64,000 nt of DNA from Catajapyx aquilonaris (lineage: Eukaryota), in NCBI GenBank assembly GCA_000934665.2, contig KZ538384.1, positions 1 through 64,000 on the forward strand, written 5' to 3'. The notes beneath the pieces were generated by a model. That model was given only the letters and a program-made list of their open reading frames with translations, was not told the DNA's origin and did not search any database. The translations under genes were made by a program, and so were the position numbers. Positions 29,001 through 42,946 of the stretch are shown piece by piece; the stretch's first letter is position 1; each line of letters starts with the position of its first letter.

Positions 29001-32000
29001 TTGCTGGGAACACTGCATTGCACCAAATGAAGCGAGTTCCTCAGGAAACGGACTACGATACAAAAAAAAGGCCAGGAGAAAATCAGTGGGAAGCTGCTTC
29101 ACTGGAGGTGGCATGAACGACGGTTCAATATCCTTTTGGGCATGCAAGACAAAGACGAGGGAAAAAAGGGAGGGTCGGTGGAGGGGATGACACATTCAGC
29201 TGACAGATTCACAAAAGGGCTGAGCATCGTTCTCCAGGCTTATTGCCTGCTGGGGCCTACTATTCCTATACATAAAGTGAGTGGGGATAAGGCGGGCAAT
29301 AGGGGCAAGGCAAAGTGTAGGATTGGATCCGCAGTGCAGCAGCAGCAGTATCTGAAGGGGGCATGCCTTAGGCTTGCTTTGCTGGCTTGGCACCACTTTT
29401 CGGAGCCTGCCCACACTCTGATGGATATTTGAAGAGGCCAGGACCGAAGGCGAATAGCCAACTCCTACACACTCCAGAAATCCCTTCAATATTCTAAGGG
29501 ATCAGGAAAGAACAATTTGTGTATGTGTTGCAAGGTTGGCTGATACATCACCTTTAAGCGCGAATAAACAAGCCCCTTCATAATTAGAATCGCAATTTTG
29601 TGGAAAAATCCCTCGGGTAAGTTAATTAGGGCTGTGTTCCTGTGGCTCCGACGTGGATTGGGACCTTGGACGGACAGAGTGTCTCAAAGGAGGCAAAATG
29701 TAAGATCATACAGCCAGCAGTCATGGATGAAGCGAGCGACCTTGCTTTGCACGCCTAAATCATCTCAGCTGAGCTGGCGGAGAATTTCAGTGGAATTTCG
29801 CTCACCAATCTTGGCATCTTGCTTCGAAGACCTTCTCCGCTCCGATTTCTACGCGTTCGCCTGCCGATGCGAATGTGGCCTGAATACTCACCGTAAAATA
29901 TGGGTATAGTATGACCACCACTTAAATATTGAATAATATGAATTTCAATTACATAGTAACTTACAGTTATTTTTCAGTCTTCAATTATAGCATGATTTTA
30001 TAATATTTTTATGCATAAAATTTCGCAGTATTATCAGTATGTGCTGCATAAAGATAGTCCAAAGGTCTGCCCTCCTTTAAATTGAAACTGCTGCAGATAA
30101 TTTCACTACAGCATTACGGTCTTCCTTCCAGGCCGCCCCATAAATATCAGTCACACATGATAGTGCAGATGCCTTAACAGCACCGAACAGAAACCTTCAG
30201 GGTTCATCTATCAGGATGAAACAAGAGAAACGAGGCAGAGAAATTGAGTCGGACACTATAATGTAGGAATTTCAGGAGACGGAGCAAAAGAAATGGCGTG
30301 AAAATGTGCAAGCGAGCCCTGCAATATGTCCCAAGTTTTGTCTCCTTGTCTCATGGACAGGTCCAACAAGCCAAGCCAATCCCCCTGTGAGATCTCGTAG
30401 CATCATCCAGTTGAAAGGAAAGGAAAGGAAGGGACCAGTGGCCAGCAAAACAACCGCAGCATCTGGACATTATACGTCCGGCCGAATCGATACTTACCCT
30501 AGTTGGCCAGCGATGGCTCAATGTCCGACGCAGATTTATGGAAGCGCTTTTCACAATGATCAACCTTCACAAAGGGATCCCCGTTGCTCTCTCTGAAACA
30601 CTGCCGGACTCCACGCATAGTCTAAAAATAGACCCTTGCTTTTTATAGTGCCCGTCGAATACGGAATGGAGGTTACAAGAGGGGGAAAAAGGACGTCTTA
30701 GTCGTTAGATTAGTAAGAAAAGTCGATGAACATTTGCGAAAAGTGTACAAAACAAGCTTATGGGAATGATAATGACCGAGGATTGGCCTCCATTCTGCGC
30801 TTGCGTAATGGAGGATCCAGCGCCTCTGGTGGATGGGAGGAGGAACTAATTCAAAATTATATGGTAAAAATATGTGTGCCACATTAACGATTTAAATAAG
30901 CACTAGAAAAACAATCGCTTCGCTCGCATTTTTCTATGGAATTGATAGTTCCTCCTCCCACCCACCAGAGGCGCTGCCTCCACACCATAGCGCAGGCGCA
31001 GAACTGGGCAAATCGGAAGCGTCGCGGTAGCAACAATATACAGCTGACCAATCAGAATGTTTATATAAACAACGAATGATTTTAATATAATAGATTGTTG
31101 CAAAAGGTTGCGTTTAAAATAGACAAAACGAGTTAAAGAGGACATTTTTTCTGCAGTTCCTTTGGATTCAATAGAGGTCGTCTTAATCGCACAAACTTCC
31201 GATTCGGGAGCAGTCGAAATCATCATTGCTACTTTTAGAGGGAACTATAATTTCCCGTTCGCCATTCATTTCATCCGTAATGGCGCGAAGAAAAGTCTGT
31301 CGACTAAGTTCGGACTACCAATTTGCAAAAAAAAAATCCGATTTTTCCGACCCACTTTTCCTGTCCCGACTGCGCATTTTAAAATACCCTCATAAGTTAA
31401 CAAGAAAAATCATGCATGTAGTACAAATCTTCGTGACTATTTCCTGGACGAAGCGGGATGAAAGTTCCTGTCGCTGCTTAGGTATTCTATAGACGCACCT
31501 GGGAAATCCGTTTGACGTCAGTGCCATAATGCACGGCACTGACGGCAGGTTTCCCCATTTGAAGTCTGGGCTACGAGGTGGCGATTCCATTTCCATCCAA
31601 CCCTGGATTCTCCAGGGGGCCCGTAAGTCCCCGTGTGTCAGCAATCCTCCAGCTCTCCCCCAATTGCACTGGGAACACGGCAAAATGTCGGTCTGGTACA
31701 TACGTGTATACCAGAGGAAGAAAATCTGGTTCCTTGAACCTTCCCGCCGTCGCTGCTACGTCACCACCAAACTCTTATTGACGTCTCTGCCTCCCAGCTC
31801 TAATGGAGATTGTGCCAAGGTCTGCTTCTGGACCATGGATTCTGCCATAGGACTACAGGAATATTATGAACATAATGCCTCGAATGTCTCATTGCATATG
31901 GAATAGTCAGTTGCTTTTTGTTCCTATACCATTCACAGTTGGTCAGCCAGTCACAATCATTCCGAAAATTAGCAAAAACATCAAAAGCATGCAAAATAGT

Positions 32001-35000
32001 GCAGCCGGTGAGTCGCGGTTTTTGCAGGGGGGATGTTTTTGATGTCGCGGACTAGTCACACACCACGGATGCCGGATTTGGGTTTCTGACGATTTGCAAA
32101 AAACTGGGGCTATTCAAATGGCACGTTTTTTTGTTTTTTTTTGCAGCGTTCCTGCCCAATAAAGTTACTTTATATATGGAAGGGGGTAGTTTCCATCTTC
32201 TCAGTCCTGGTTACTGTACCGAGTCATTCATCGTGGTTGCTTACAGCAGCTTTAACACACTAACAAGTAAGTGCTCAGCGAAAAGCAGAGTCAGGATGAA
32301 TAATTGAGCAAAGCATCCTGTATTTTCAACTGGCGGAGTAGGTATGGTTTTGTATGTAGCGGAGCGAACATGAAGTAGATAATTATTAACTGGGGGAACT
32401 CCAACATTGCCATACAATTGGAATATACACTACATGAGAGCACACAATATAACAGCATGTGGGTGAACATCAACGATCAACAAAACAACAATGATTATTA
32501 TTAATTTATTATCTTCATCATTGAAGGACTAAGACCATATTTTCTCCTTATACTGCATCGGCCTGATTATTTTAAAGCAGGTATACTACTCTTGATTAAT
32601 GGTTCTCGCAAGGCGATAATGTTAAGTTAATTGGACCATATTATACGCATGAAAAGGGTGTAAAAATGAGTTCTATTCATGACATTCGTTGGCACTTGTT
32701 CCAATCAAAAATTCCTTGAAATTCAAAAATTGGAGAAATGATTCAATTTGGTCACTGCAATAAGCAGGGTAGTGCCAAACCAACTCTAACCATTCTACGG
32801 ACGTTTCAACTGGAACACACTGTACATAGCTAAACAGCAGTGCTACTTTTAACGAGGTTGCTCACTGTAAATGGACGCAAAGTTTTTTTTTGTATGCAGG
32901 CCTACAGTAGAAGTGGTGCAATGTGTACAAAAAGTGCAAACTGTATAATCCCTTGTGTAGAAGCGTGGGAGTTGATTGCACTTTTGCAGAAATTCTACAA
33001 AATATGGTAACGTTTCGTAACTCCCCTTAGCCTGCGATATAATGAAAAGGTCAAAGGTAGATTAAAATGTCTTTGGAAAATGTCAACCGCCTTCATCTAT
33101 ATTGTGAAAGGTTTCGGAGACTGGCACTGTTGCAATATAAGCGGCGCAGCATTCAAACGGCAAGCTGTTTCGCATATCAAATTCGATCAGTTCCAACCCG
33201 CAAAACATTTCTCGTAATAATAACTTGCAGACAAACGCTCCTCAAAATCTATTCACAACTTTGAGAAATTAATCTACACCGAAAATTATTCTGGTAAAAC
33301 TCGTCATGCTATATAATGTAATGAGTGTTTTCTTCTTTGCAGGACAAGCTCCTTACAAAACTCGACGAGCACGAGCCTGAAGTAGCAACATGTCAGGAAG
33401 ACGAGGTATGGTATAAGATAGACAGTTTTTGTCATGCCAACACACTTCGCCACTTAAAGGGCATCAATAAGTAATGAGGACGCAATCTGTCCGACACCAC
33501 CAGGAAAGGCCCAGAGGGAAACTCCTTCCTGGCTCTTATCTCTTTCCACACCCACACACTAACATCAAGATAATCTTGCTTATAGGTACCGGTATCATTA
33601 AAAAATCTTGTCCAAATTATCATACACTAGTAATGCCATTGTTAGCCTGACTGCGAGTGAGCAGTGAGGACTCACTGCCTATATGTAAAATATCATACAA
33701 ATATTGGTACAAGTTTCAGTCCTCACAGAGATGAAAACTAACCCGTCCCTTCTCCCTTTATGCCACACACACACACACACACACACACACGCTCCAACCA
33801 ACCAACCCATGTTATATTGATTTTGCCGTCATTATTGCGCATTGCCTTGCTTGCCCCAGCCTCAGCAGCCACTTGCCAAAGCGTCTTCTTGGCCTGGGTT
33901 TGTAACAATTTTGCATGCTTCCGGAAGCATCGGTATTTATCTTCTCCTCCTCATCAATGTTCATTGCATAACCCATCCCTAACTTTCTCACAACAGGTGC
34001 AAATCAAACCGACCTTCTCGCATGTAAACGACCTTTCCATTATCCACATTAACGACACGACAAGAACTGCACACAAGTTCTCAAAAAAATGATATTGGCA
34101 CTAACATAATTTGCATACCTTCGCTGCCAATCACTGCACGAACAGGCTGGGCTAATGGCAGTCTCCAATTTAAAATAATTTTCAACAAAATTACAATTTT
34201 TCTAGATGCGACGCAAACATTTTGCCTACTTGAACACCGCGGCATCTTTCCAACGAGCCATTACCTAATACTACTATAGCATCGCATACCCTCCCATTCC
34301 TAGCCCCTTCAATTTTCATCTCCGGTTTCGCGATTGGGGGCTACATTACGAGACCTTTAGAGATGGGCTTCGGATTTGGCCGTAAAATACCTCTAAAGGC
34401 AGAACTGCTGCAATGCAGATCGGGAATGGTGGACAATAAGGTTTCACTACTTCATTCTGGCGAGGGTGCGAATAAGTCAGGTTAGACCACAAAGTCCAGC
34501 CATAACGAGAGGTCGGCCCCAAACGGCCACTTCCATCAATTTAATTGCTGGCACAAATTGTGTCCTTGTATGTTTCCTATTGTTGCAGTGCGTGATCTGC
34601 GTGAATGCCAAAGCCACTATGCAAACGTTCCCTTGCGGTCACCGGGTGGTGTGCCGCAAGTGCTTCGTGAAGACGATCCAGGTGGCCGTGTCTCAGCGGC
34701 TTCTGCCCCTGAGATGTGTGATCTGCCGGGCCAAGATCCTCCGGCTGAAGCAGACGCTGCCTTGTTCAGCCTCAGAATACTCGCTGGGAATGAGCTCCAG
34801 CGCTTCCGCACCAGCCTTCCCAGTTGCACAGTCCGCATCCCTCTACTCCATGGCCTCGGCCTCCTCCGCCATTTCAGGTCAGTCACAACTTAATTATAAT
34901 TATAGCATTGAATAGCCATGACTTTGCCCCTTCACGCGTTGACTCATCACCAAGGTGCATGTAGTTACCATACTGACCCCTTGGAGCGGGAGTGTGCAGA

Positions 35001-38000
35001 GAGGGAGAATGCGCGCCATCTAGTTGTCGCATATTATACTACGTCCAACTGGGCAGTGTTGCCAAAATTTGTAATATTGCCACGAACACGTACATCTGTA
35101 ATTTATGTCACTATGAATTAAATTGGTTGTTACACCAGCTAACATATGTGCTCAAACTCATGCATGGAAGAGCTTTTCCAACTAATTATAGCAACATTCA
35201 CCCGGAAACTGCCTTTTTTCTCCCTGCAATATTATACCCAAAGTGCTTTGGACTATAGGACACAACCGTTTCATGAATATTGAATCTGGAAAGACGAGGG
35301 GCGTTGCTTGCACAAAGGAAATCCTCAAGAGACGGATCGGAGCCCTATCACTTTCTCGCTCATGTTTGCATCTAGTCAGCTCCTTCTGGAGGCAGGGTAA
35401 ATACTCAGCTTACCAACCAAGACCCCATTCTAAGCCTCTTCTACCCTCAATGTGATAATCCTAGAAATTCAACTGCAAAGACGATCAAACAAGCCTTTTC
35501 TAGTCACACCATTTCAAAGGCGATTCAGCAAGTCAGACCTTTAAAACGAAGGAAACAACGTGTGTCCATACTGTAGTGAACAATTTGGCAGTAATACATG
35601 CCCCGTCCTGCCAACATGAAGCAAACTATAGTGTATGAAGCGATCACCGGAGCGAAAGATACTGACGTCAATAAAACGATCCCGTTTCCCATAGGAACCA
35701 CTGGTAGTATATGACTAATCTAATTTGTATTGAACGATGTGTGACACCATCCGGCCAACCCTGTGGGAATTGCGCCGTCGAAAACAGGGTTTATATAGAG
35801 GCAAGCAGAGCTTGCTCCGGCAGCAGAGGCTTGAAGATAGCATCGCGATGTGACATGGCATTAATGGGTCAATCGTGACAGTCCGGTGCGACGGTGTCAA
35901 ATTACTTGCTAAACACGTCCACCCTCGGTGCCTGAATCGGGTTTCAGGAATCGGATCGGCACAAGCGCCACCCCCATTCAGCCCGAAATTAAATGCCGAA
36001 GAGCACTGCACATGGTGTCCCATAATGTCAGCAAAACTATTAACTTCATTTCAGTAATGAGACCAAACGTCACCTTTCTTGTGCTCAGGGCGTCATCCTA
36101 TAAGTTTGAATCAGTACGAAACACCTTGTGCACCGTGGGTGTTGATTGTGAGATGCCATTGCCAGGAAGGACCTGAGGGTGCTGAATCAATCGGGGTGGG
36201 TTTGCCAGCATCGCGAAGACGACTAGAAATGGGAAGCCAACTCGATTTGAAGCTTCCTTGCCGTCACTTGGAGAGAAAAGTGATGGCCAAGTGAATTCCG
36301 GCCGAAATTTGAGCACGAAGGTGCCCAGCCTTCGAATGGCACACTTAAACGGCCCGCTGTTCCGATCTTAACGGCACTTAAAAAAATTCTGAAGAGGTCG
36401 ACTTTGAAATGCAAATATAAGGCATAAACGCCCTGACAAGATGACGAGACTGCAAATAATAAGAGTATCGGTAATTCAATCCATTCTTCTTTCTTTTTTT
36501 CCCCAGGAGTTTCCTCCATTAGCTCTGCGAGCTCAGCAAGTACCTCTTCCATGAAACCCGCCAAATCCTCGGCTTCCAAGATCAGACTAAGTTCATATCA
36601 TCAGTCAACAGGGACGCTCAAGAAGTCACAAAGTCAAATTGTTAAAGTGAGTACCCGGAGAAAGGTCGAGTTAGGAGCAAAGCAAATTGACAGTGCAAGG
36701 TTTGCTCTTGGGGTAATGCAACTTAGGGAAACTCAGTCACGAGGTCGCAAAGAAAAGGTTTTGTTAATTTTGATCCAATAGTGACCCCGGAAGTCCATGA
36801 CTTTTTCTCATGACCAAAAAGTGTTTCATACGACAGTACACCAGCTCTCTGATCATAACGACACAAAATTCCTGCCTTTGCGCCAGCGGTATTGATCCAA
36901 CTAAATGGGATGCAAATTTCTCTTAATTTTGGAGCCCTCTTCACGTACAGAATACTGAACACTTCCTGCACAACACATCGATACTTTTCTGGCACCGGCA
37001 GACTCAAGCCTGCAAAATGTTCCCCGCTTCCTCATCCCCTTGTAAATGAGAAATTGGCTATTTCCTTACACGCAAAATTACACCAGCGTATAATATTTTC
37101 GTCACGTTGCAATAAGTGACTCAAATTGGTCGAAAGACATAGCCTTGAATTTATCCTGCACTTTCTACAACCCATTCACTCTTCCTGCTCAACGGGTTGT
37201 ATGCTGAGCAGGAGGAAAACATGGACCTCATTGTGAATAAATTATTGGCATACTCCTGGTAACTTACTTTCCTATTAAAATTGCAAATTACCAAACCCGT
37301 ACCAAACTCCTCCGCATAATTGCATTTTTTCTGACAAACTATAAAATTAAAATTGTTCCACCTCATTTAAATTAATATAGTCGACCACTAAAGAGGAGGT
37401 GCGTCTGGCCCGGAAAAAGGAGAGCAATCAACCTCTGACCTCGGACACCAATATTCCAAATGGGTCATCCCCAATGTCAATACCTCGGATGTTTCAATTC
37501 TGACCTGAAAAGGATGCTTCCATTCAACTAATAGTGGGCTAACTTGAAAGTAATACTGTATAAGGTGCTTTTACACTCTGTGTGTGTCAGAGAGTCTCAC
37601 CATGTAGTGTAAGTGCACCTATTTTTTACGCCCAGTAACTTGTAGTCAGGTGTTCAGTTGAATTGTTTTAATGCTGTCTGTTTGTATAGGGTGCCAAAAT
37701 GCACGGGTACATCCGACTGGCGAGGACGCCGTCTCCGGGTCCAACGCAGCCGCTGGTGGTACCCTCGCCTAGAAGGGCGTACGACGTGGTGTCCAACGGA
37801 GTGTCCGGTGGCACCGTGGCCAGCAGACCCTCGAGGGCACCACTTCGAGACAACAAGGTGGCGCCGGACCAGCAACCCCCGCCAAAGCTCACCCCCATCA
37901 AGGAGTTCCAAAGGGAGTTCAGAGCCAGCAAGGAAAGGATCGCCAATGAGTCCAAGACCTCCCAGGCCACATCCTCATCCAGGACCAAGTTAGTCCTTTT

Positions 38001-38489
38001 TGTCTCTGATAGTACCACACACCGTGAATAAGGTTGGATTCCCGAGATTGGCAGTCTAACGTCGTTAGGCATATCTGAGGAGCTTCCTCTCGTTCCTTTG
38101 TCGTCGCCACCATCCCATTTGAAATTAGCCAAATATACGCAAATCCACTATTCCAAATCCACTAATCAGACCTAGGAGGATGAAGCTTCTGATGCAATCA
38201 ACAACCTTTCCCAGCCTGTATATATATATATCATAAATGACATAATGTAGACTCGTACTACGTTGTGGTCCAATCTGTATTCCGAATTTGTGATTTCAGG
38301 GGCTCTCAGAAGGTATCATCAGGAGAGATGTGCCTACCTGCCTCCAGTTATCGTTCCCGTTCAGCCCCATCCAAATCCAGCAGGAAAGAGGAAAAGAGGA
38401 AAGATGAGGTCCAAAAGGACAAAATGGATGAAAAGACTGACAAGAAGAAAGAAGAGCAAAAATTGGACAAGCATGGGGATAGAAAATAA
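8007..38489 (+). CDS. RING-HC (C3HC4) zinc-finger protein, putative E3 ubiquitin ligase, with N-terminal hydrophobic anchor, coiled coil and Ser/Lys-rich tail (~383 aa, 6 exons)
   Basis: Exons 8007-8177, 33343-33405, 34589-34877, 36507-36646, 37690-37988, 38300-38489; all GT-AG, phases 0,0,1,0,2 consistent, total 1152 nt. The join reads ERELAHLNHKI|DKLLTKLDEHEPEVATCQEDE|CVICVNAKATMQTFPCGHRVVCRKC...CVICRAKI (C-x2-C...C-x-H-x3-C-x2-C...C-x2-C). Confidence 0.8.
11443..11469. repeat. (CA)n microsatellite
   Basis: About 13 CA units read directly. Confidence 0.9.
24319..24380. other. Assembly gap (N run) between poly-T and poly-G
   Basis: Run of n; a G homopolymer follows immediately. Confidence 0.95.
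33764..33790. repeat. (CA)n microsatellite
   Basis: About 13 CA units read directly. Confidence 0.9.
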
Positions 38490-41400
38490 CATTCGCCCCT
38501 TCACCAATTTTTCTCTCCCCCTATGGAAAACCCAGTTTTTTCCTAGCTGAGTGAATCAGTAATAACTCATCCTTGCATTATTTTCAGGTCGACTTACGTT
38601 TTTTGTGCCGCTCGGCACCTTGTTACGTTGATTAGTTAATAGGCAATAGGCTCTAATAATAATTCCTGTTGCCTCCAAATGTGATACTTTTTGTAAAGCC
38701 TAATTTTTAAATACGTATTTATAGCGAAGTTTTACAGAGTAATTCCTAGGGGAATGTAACACTCACGTATTCACAATCATTAACTCTCACATTTTTATTG
38801 TCATTTTCGGCAATGACTTGCAGTCTTTTTTCTTTCTTTTCCTACTATGTACAGTTCGTGTGGGAGAAGTTGCGAGTTGCTTCAACAGTCCGATTTATTA
38901 TTTTATTTTGCATCATCTTTCAGGAGAAAATATTTCATACGGTACATATATAGAATACGTTCAAAATGGATCACAGAGAAAGGGAGGCAACAAGGTTGAC
39001 CATAGTCGTATTCAATTAGTTTTCGCTCATTCATTTCGGGAAATAAGTTCGACCTTTCTATTGTTTTATTTGTGGAGAAGAAGTCAGCAGAGAGAGGGTC
39101 ATATCTCGCGCAATAACGAGGCGCAGTATTCAAGTCATGCGACAATATTATTGTCGCATCACTATCATCTGCACGTTTCATATTTTTTGTGTGTGTGTCA
39201 ACTACTTGTCGATTTTCCAGACGAGGGTTGCAAAAAAAATGTTTTTGGTTAGTATTTCATAATTTCATTTGGAAAGACGCCTTGTGGAGAATATGGTGAT
39301 AAGTGCTTCGAAAGGAAGCGTGGGGGTCGTACGGTCAATGACGTCACGAGTCCTGACTTCTAATTACGCGGTGGAATGATCATGTCTGCTCTGATGGGCT
39401 ACGTAATGCAATGCCATCAGCAGACCAAAATAAACCGGAATTGTGCTTATTTCATATTCCTGGTTAAATTTAAAAAAGCAGGCAAATGAGGCCAAGACCA
39501 GCGACGTCATTGATCACTGTCAACATTTTTTGACCCTACCTCACATAGGCCTACTGTGGATGATATTCTCAAACATTTTTGGTGTTATCAAAAAAAACAA
39601 CACCAAGCAACTATTCATACTGGTCATCCGAAAAAGATAACGCAAAATGTCGTACAAATCGGACACACTGTATTTGAAATGCGTAGTATTCATTCGTAAA
39701 ATCTCTACCAAAATACGGTAGTTACTCAAAAGTGCAGTACCTTGCGATACATAGAAGCGTGTAAATTCTAATTACGATCGTAGTCGTAGCAAGCTATTGG
39801 TTTCACTTAATTGTCACTCTTACTCTCGAATGAAATGAACCATATGCAGGGTATAATCACAACATTATGGTACATTGATGTGTGCCAAGAATTACAACCT
39901 GAACAATAATCAAAATTCTTCAATTATAATTTCATGCTTCCAAAAATCAAGCACTAAGAGATTCAAAATATTGGCTTTATGATTAGTCGAATCTCAAAGT
40001 TTGCTTCGAAAAATACACTAAATTTTCTACCCTGCATTTTATTCAGAAATTTAGGTTTACAATTACCTCTAGCGTTGAGAATATCAACTACGGTACCTGC
40101 AATGACATGTGTCTTGACTTAGAGATTTGGTTCACATTTTGATAGAGAAGTCCTGGTAGATATTACAAGGACGAAAAAAATGGGAAAGTTGGGTGTGAAT
40201 GGGCCACGTTACATACCAATATTCCTCTCGTTCATAACGATGTACTAAAGAAATTATTTTTGGTAGATTTTACAAGTACGTTAATACCGTAGATTTACTA
40301 AAAATTCGCCTGTATACCGTAGTGGGATAGACTGAAGAGCTTCCTTTTATAGATAAAAAAATATTAGCGAATGGCAGGAAATAATTTTAAACGCCGTCTG
40401 AGAAATCTCTTACATCCCCCCCCTCATATTACAAAAAAAAAAATGTGGCACTCCATCATGCACAGGGTACTTGGTTCATCTCTTGATTTCTCAAACATTC
40501 CTGTGTAAGAACAATGGGCACAACGCTTCAATATTGCGGATATGAAAACGTACGGCGAATATTTTATTATTGGAGAGAACGGTCTTGTTTGGGTTGCACT
40601 CTTTGTAGCACAGGTGGATTAATTCCGAGAGAAAAATCGTGTTTTTCGGTAACTGCACCAAAGGCACAAATGCTTCCAGATTGATTCCCATATGCTCCAA
40701 CAAAATTGAAACTTTAATAAATTGTATCCGTCCAATACGTGACTCACGGGAAATGGCACGGCGTTTTTATTTAGCGTTCAGTTATTGCGTCGTATATTAG
40801 AAAAATTATTTATTTTCACCATGCACTATATGAACAGTGTGAATGAAAGTGGCTGCATATCTTATTTGCTCTTCTGGAACTAAACCTACTGTGCTGCTTT
40901 TCCTTGACTTCTGAAAGGGTCTTCTGAAAATAATTAAATCTCATTTATCATAAGAAGTATTATACGAAAAACGTTTAAGTAGTTTGCAGAAAAAGACTTT
41001 GGTATCTGTGCTTGCATGATCTGCTTCCCGTGCATTGTACTTACTATAGACAAAAGCTGTGTCTCGTTCCTTATGACAAGTTCGCATTTCCCCCATTTCC
41101 AAACCATCACAATAGCAATAGATGAAAAGGGCAACATCTCGCGGTTATTGTCACTTGCAAGTGACATGTACCGTTCGCCAGCCGAATGAAGGATGATATT
41201 GTTTATACTCAAAGGCATAATGCAGCTGCAGGTGACTCTCAAATAGTTTCGTTACAAGCTGTTGCATTACGTGCGTAATTGCACAGGGTGGCCATCCCTC
41301 AAATCTCTCGAGTAAGATTATTGCTCCTGAGCATACACCAATACCTGACAGTCTCTACTCAAATTTTTCCAGTAATATCTCCGGGGCCCTTCCTCATACC

Positions 41401-42879
41401 TGCTATTAATCGAACTGTCATTCTGAATTTTGCTAAATATTAATTTTTGAGCACTCGCATTAATCTAAACGCACCATTGTCGCGACACTTTCTGAGCACA
41501 ATTTATCTAATGTCCGGTCATCATTAGCCGCACAAGATAACTCTGCTGGTATGCAGTACACTCGGCATTTGGCTATCCTCAACGCGCTAATAACAATGAA
41601 CTAAGGACCCGATCGACAATAATGTTGCAAATTGGCTTAACCATATTACAATGACAACACATGATGAATGAACAAGCTGTAACCCAATTGCTGAAATAGT
41701 ATTTTGTTCAGAATATTCTGCGCCACCATAAATATTATTAAATGCCATTTAAGACCAGGACATCTCCTTTACTAAGCTGCAGCTTTAAAAAGAATGTGTG
41801 CATAAAAATGAGGTCTTCCTACATTTACATAACTAATGAACTGGGACTTGGTTGGTCACTTGGATGTCGTTAAATCCAAATCTCCCCCCTTTTTTCTTCA
41901 CTCCTTCCTATCTCTGTCTCTGTCTCATCTTCACCACAATGATGTCGCCAAAAAATAATACACTCTTTTTCTATCGAATGCACAGGTGTTTCCAACGGTC
42001 TAGACAACAAAGCCTTCAATAATTATCTACCGTAGATTCTCCAAAGAGCAATATTTACGAATCCATGTTGCCCGAGTGCTCACACTTTCAGTATTAAATT
42101 TCTCATGGCTGCTCTTGATTGTTGAAAAGAATTTGCATATTTTCATTCCGTAATGTCGTCAGGAATATGCTCAACAGTTAGGAAACAAAATCTTGTCTTC
42201 GTGTCAATGTAGTGGTGTAGGACTCAATTCCCAATGCTGTTCTCTTCTCGGATCAAATCGGGAGCTTTGAAACGAAGCCCGTATTCGCGAAAACTCATGC
42301 TGATGATTAACACTTTTGGTCGCGAATGCAATTTAAAACAAATAAAATGTGATTAGATGCAGTAACCTCAAATGTTTTCGCTTGAAAGTGAACCCGTCAT
42401 ATCAGATTGCCAGCTCGTATGGTTTAGCTCTAATTTTTCTGACATCAATGTCGTATATTTGATTTAGAGTTTTCACTGTTCTTCCGCTGTACGAAGTGAA
42501 AATGATTATTAATTTGCAATAATTACACGAAAGGCATTGAGACGATATTTATAAAAAAAACACCGGTTCTAACCAACGTGCGTTTCATGCCCGAATCATT
42601 GACTCAGAATAATGTTCTTGATATAAGATAAAAACAATTTTGAAACAAAAACCACGTACTCTCAACTATATTGGAAACTTTATTATTAAAGACAATCGAT
42701 CTCAGAATAACAATAACCAGAGTATAATAATTGGAAACATATATAATATGACTGTTAGCGATTAAAACTATCTATGACCATCAATATTTTCTAGCAAATA
42801 ATCAATGTACTATATACTCCGTTAATATGCTCATTTAATTACGTACATCCCTGAGTCTGCATGTCATTGCTTGATCATC

Positions 42880-42946
<67 letters not shown>
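42880..42946. repeat. (TAT)n microsatellite
   Basis: About 22 perfect trinucleotide units. Confidence 0.95.

Noticed and set aside
8300..33300. Dozens of 60-125 aa ORFs in the 25-kb intron as possible nested genes or transposases
   Set aside because: None shows a recognisable domain, coding-like composition or consistent exon chain.
41149..41166. Perfect 18-bp palindrome TGTCACTTGCAAGTGACA (and a 14-bp one at 11738-11751)
   Set aside because: Isolated and near chance expectation for 64 kb.
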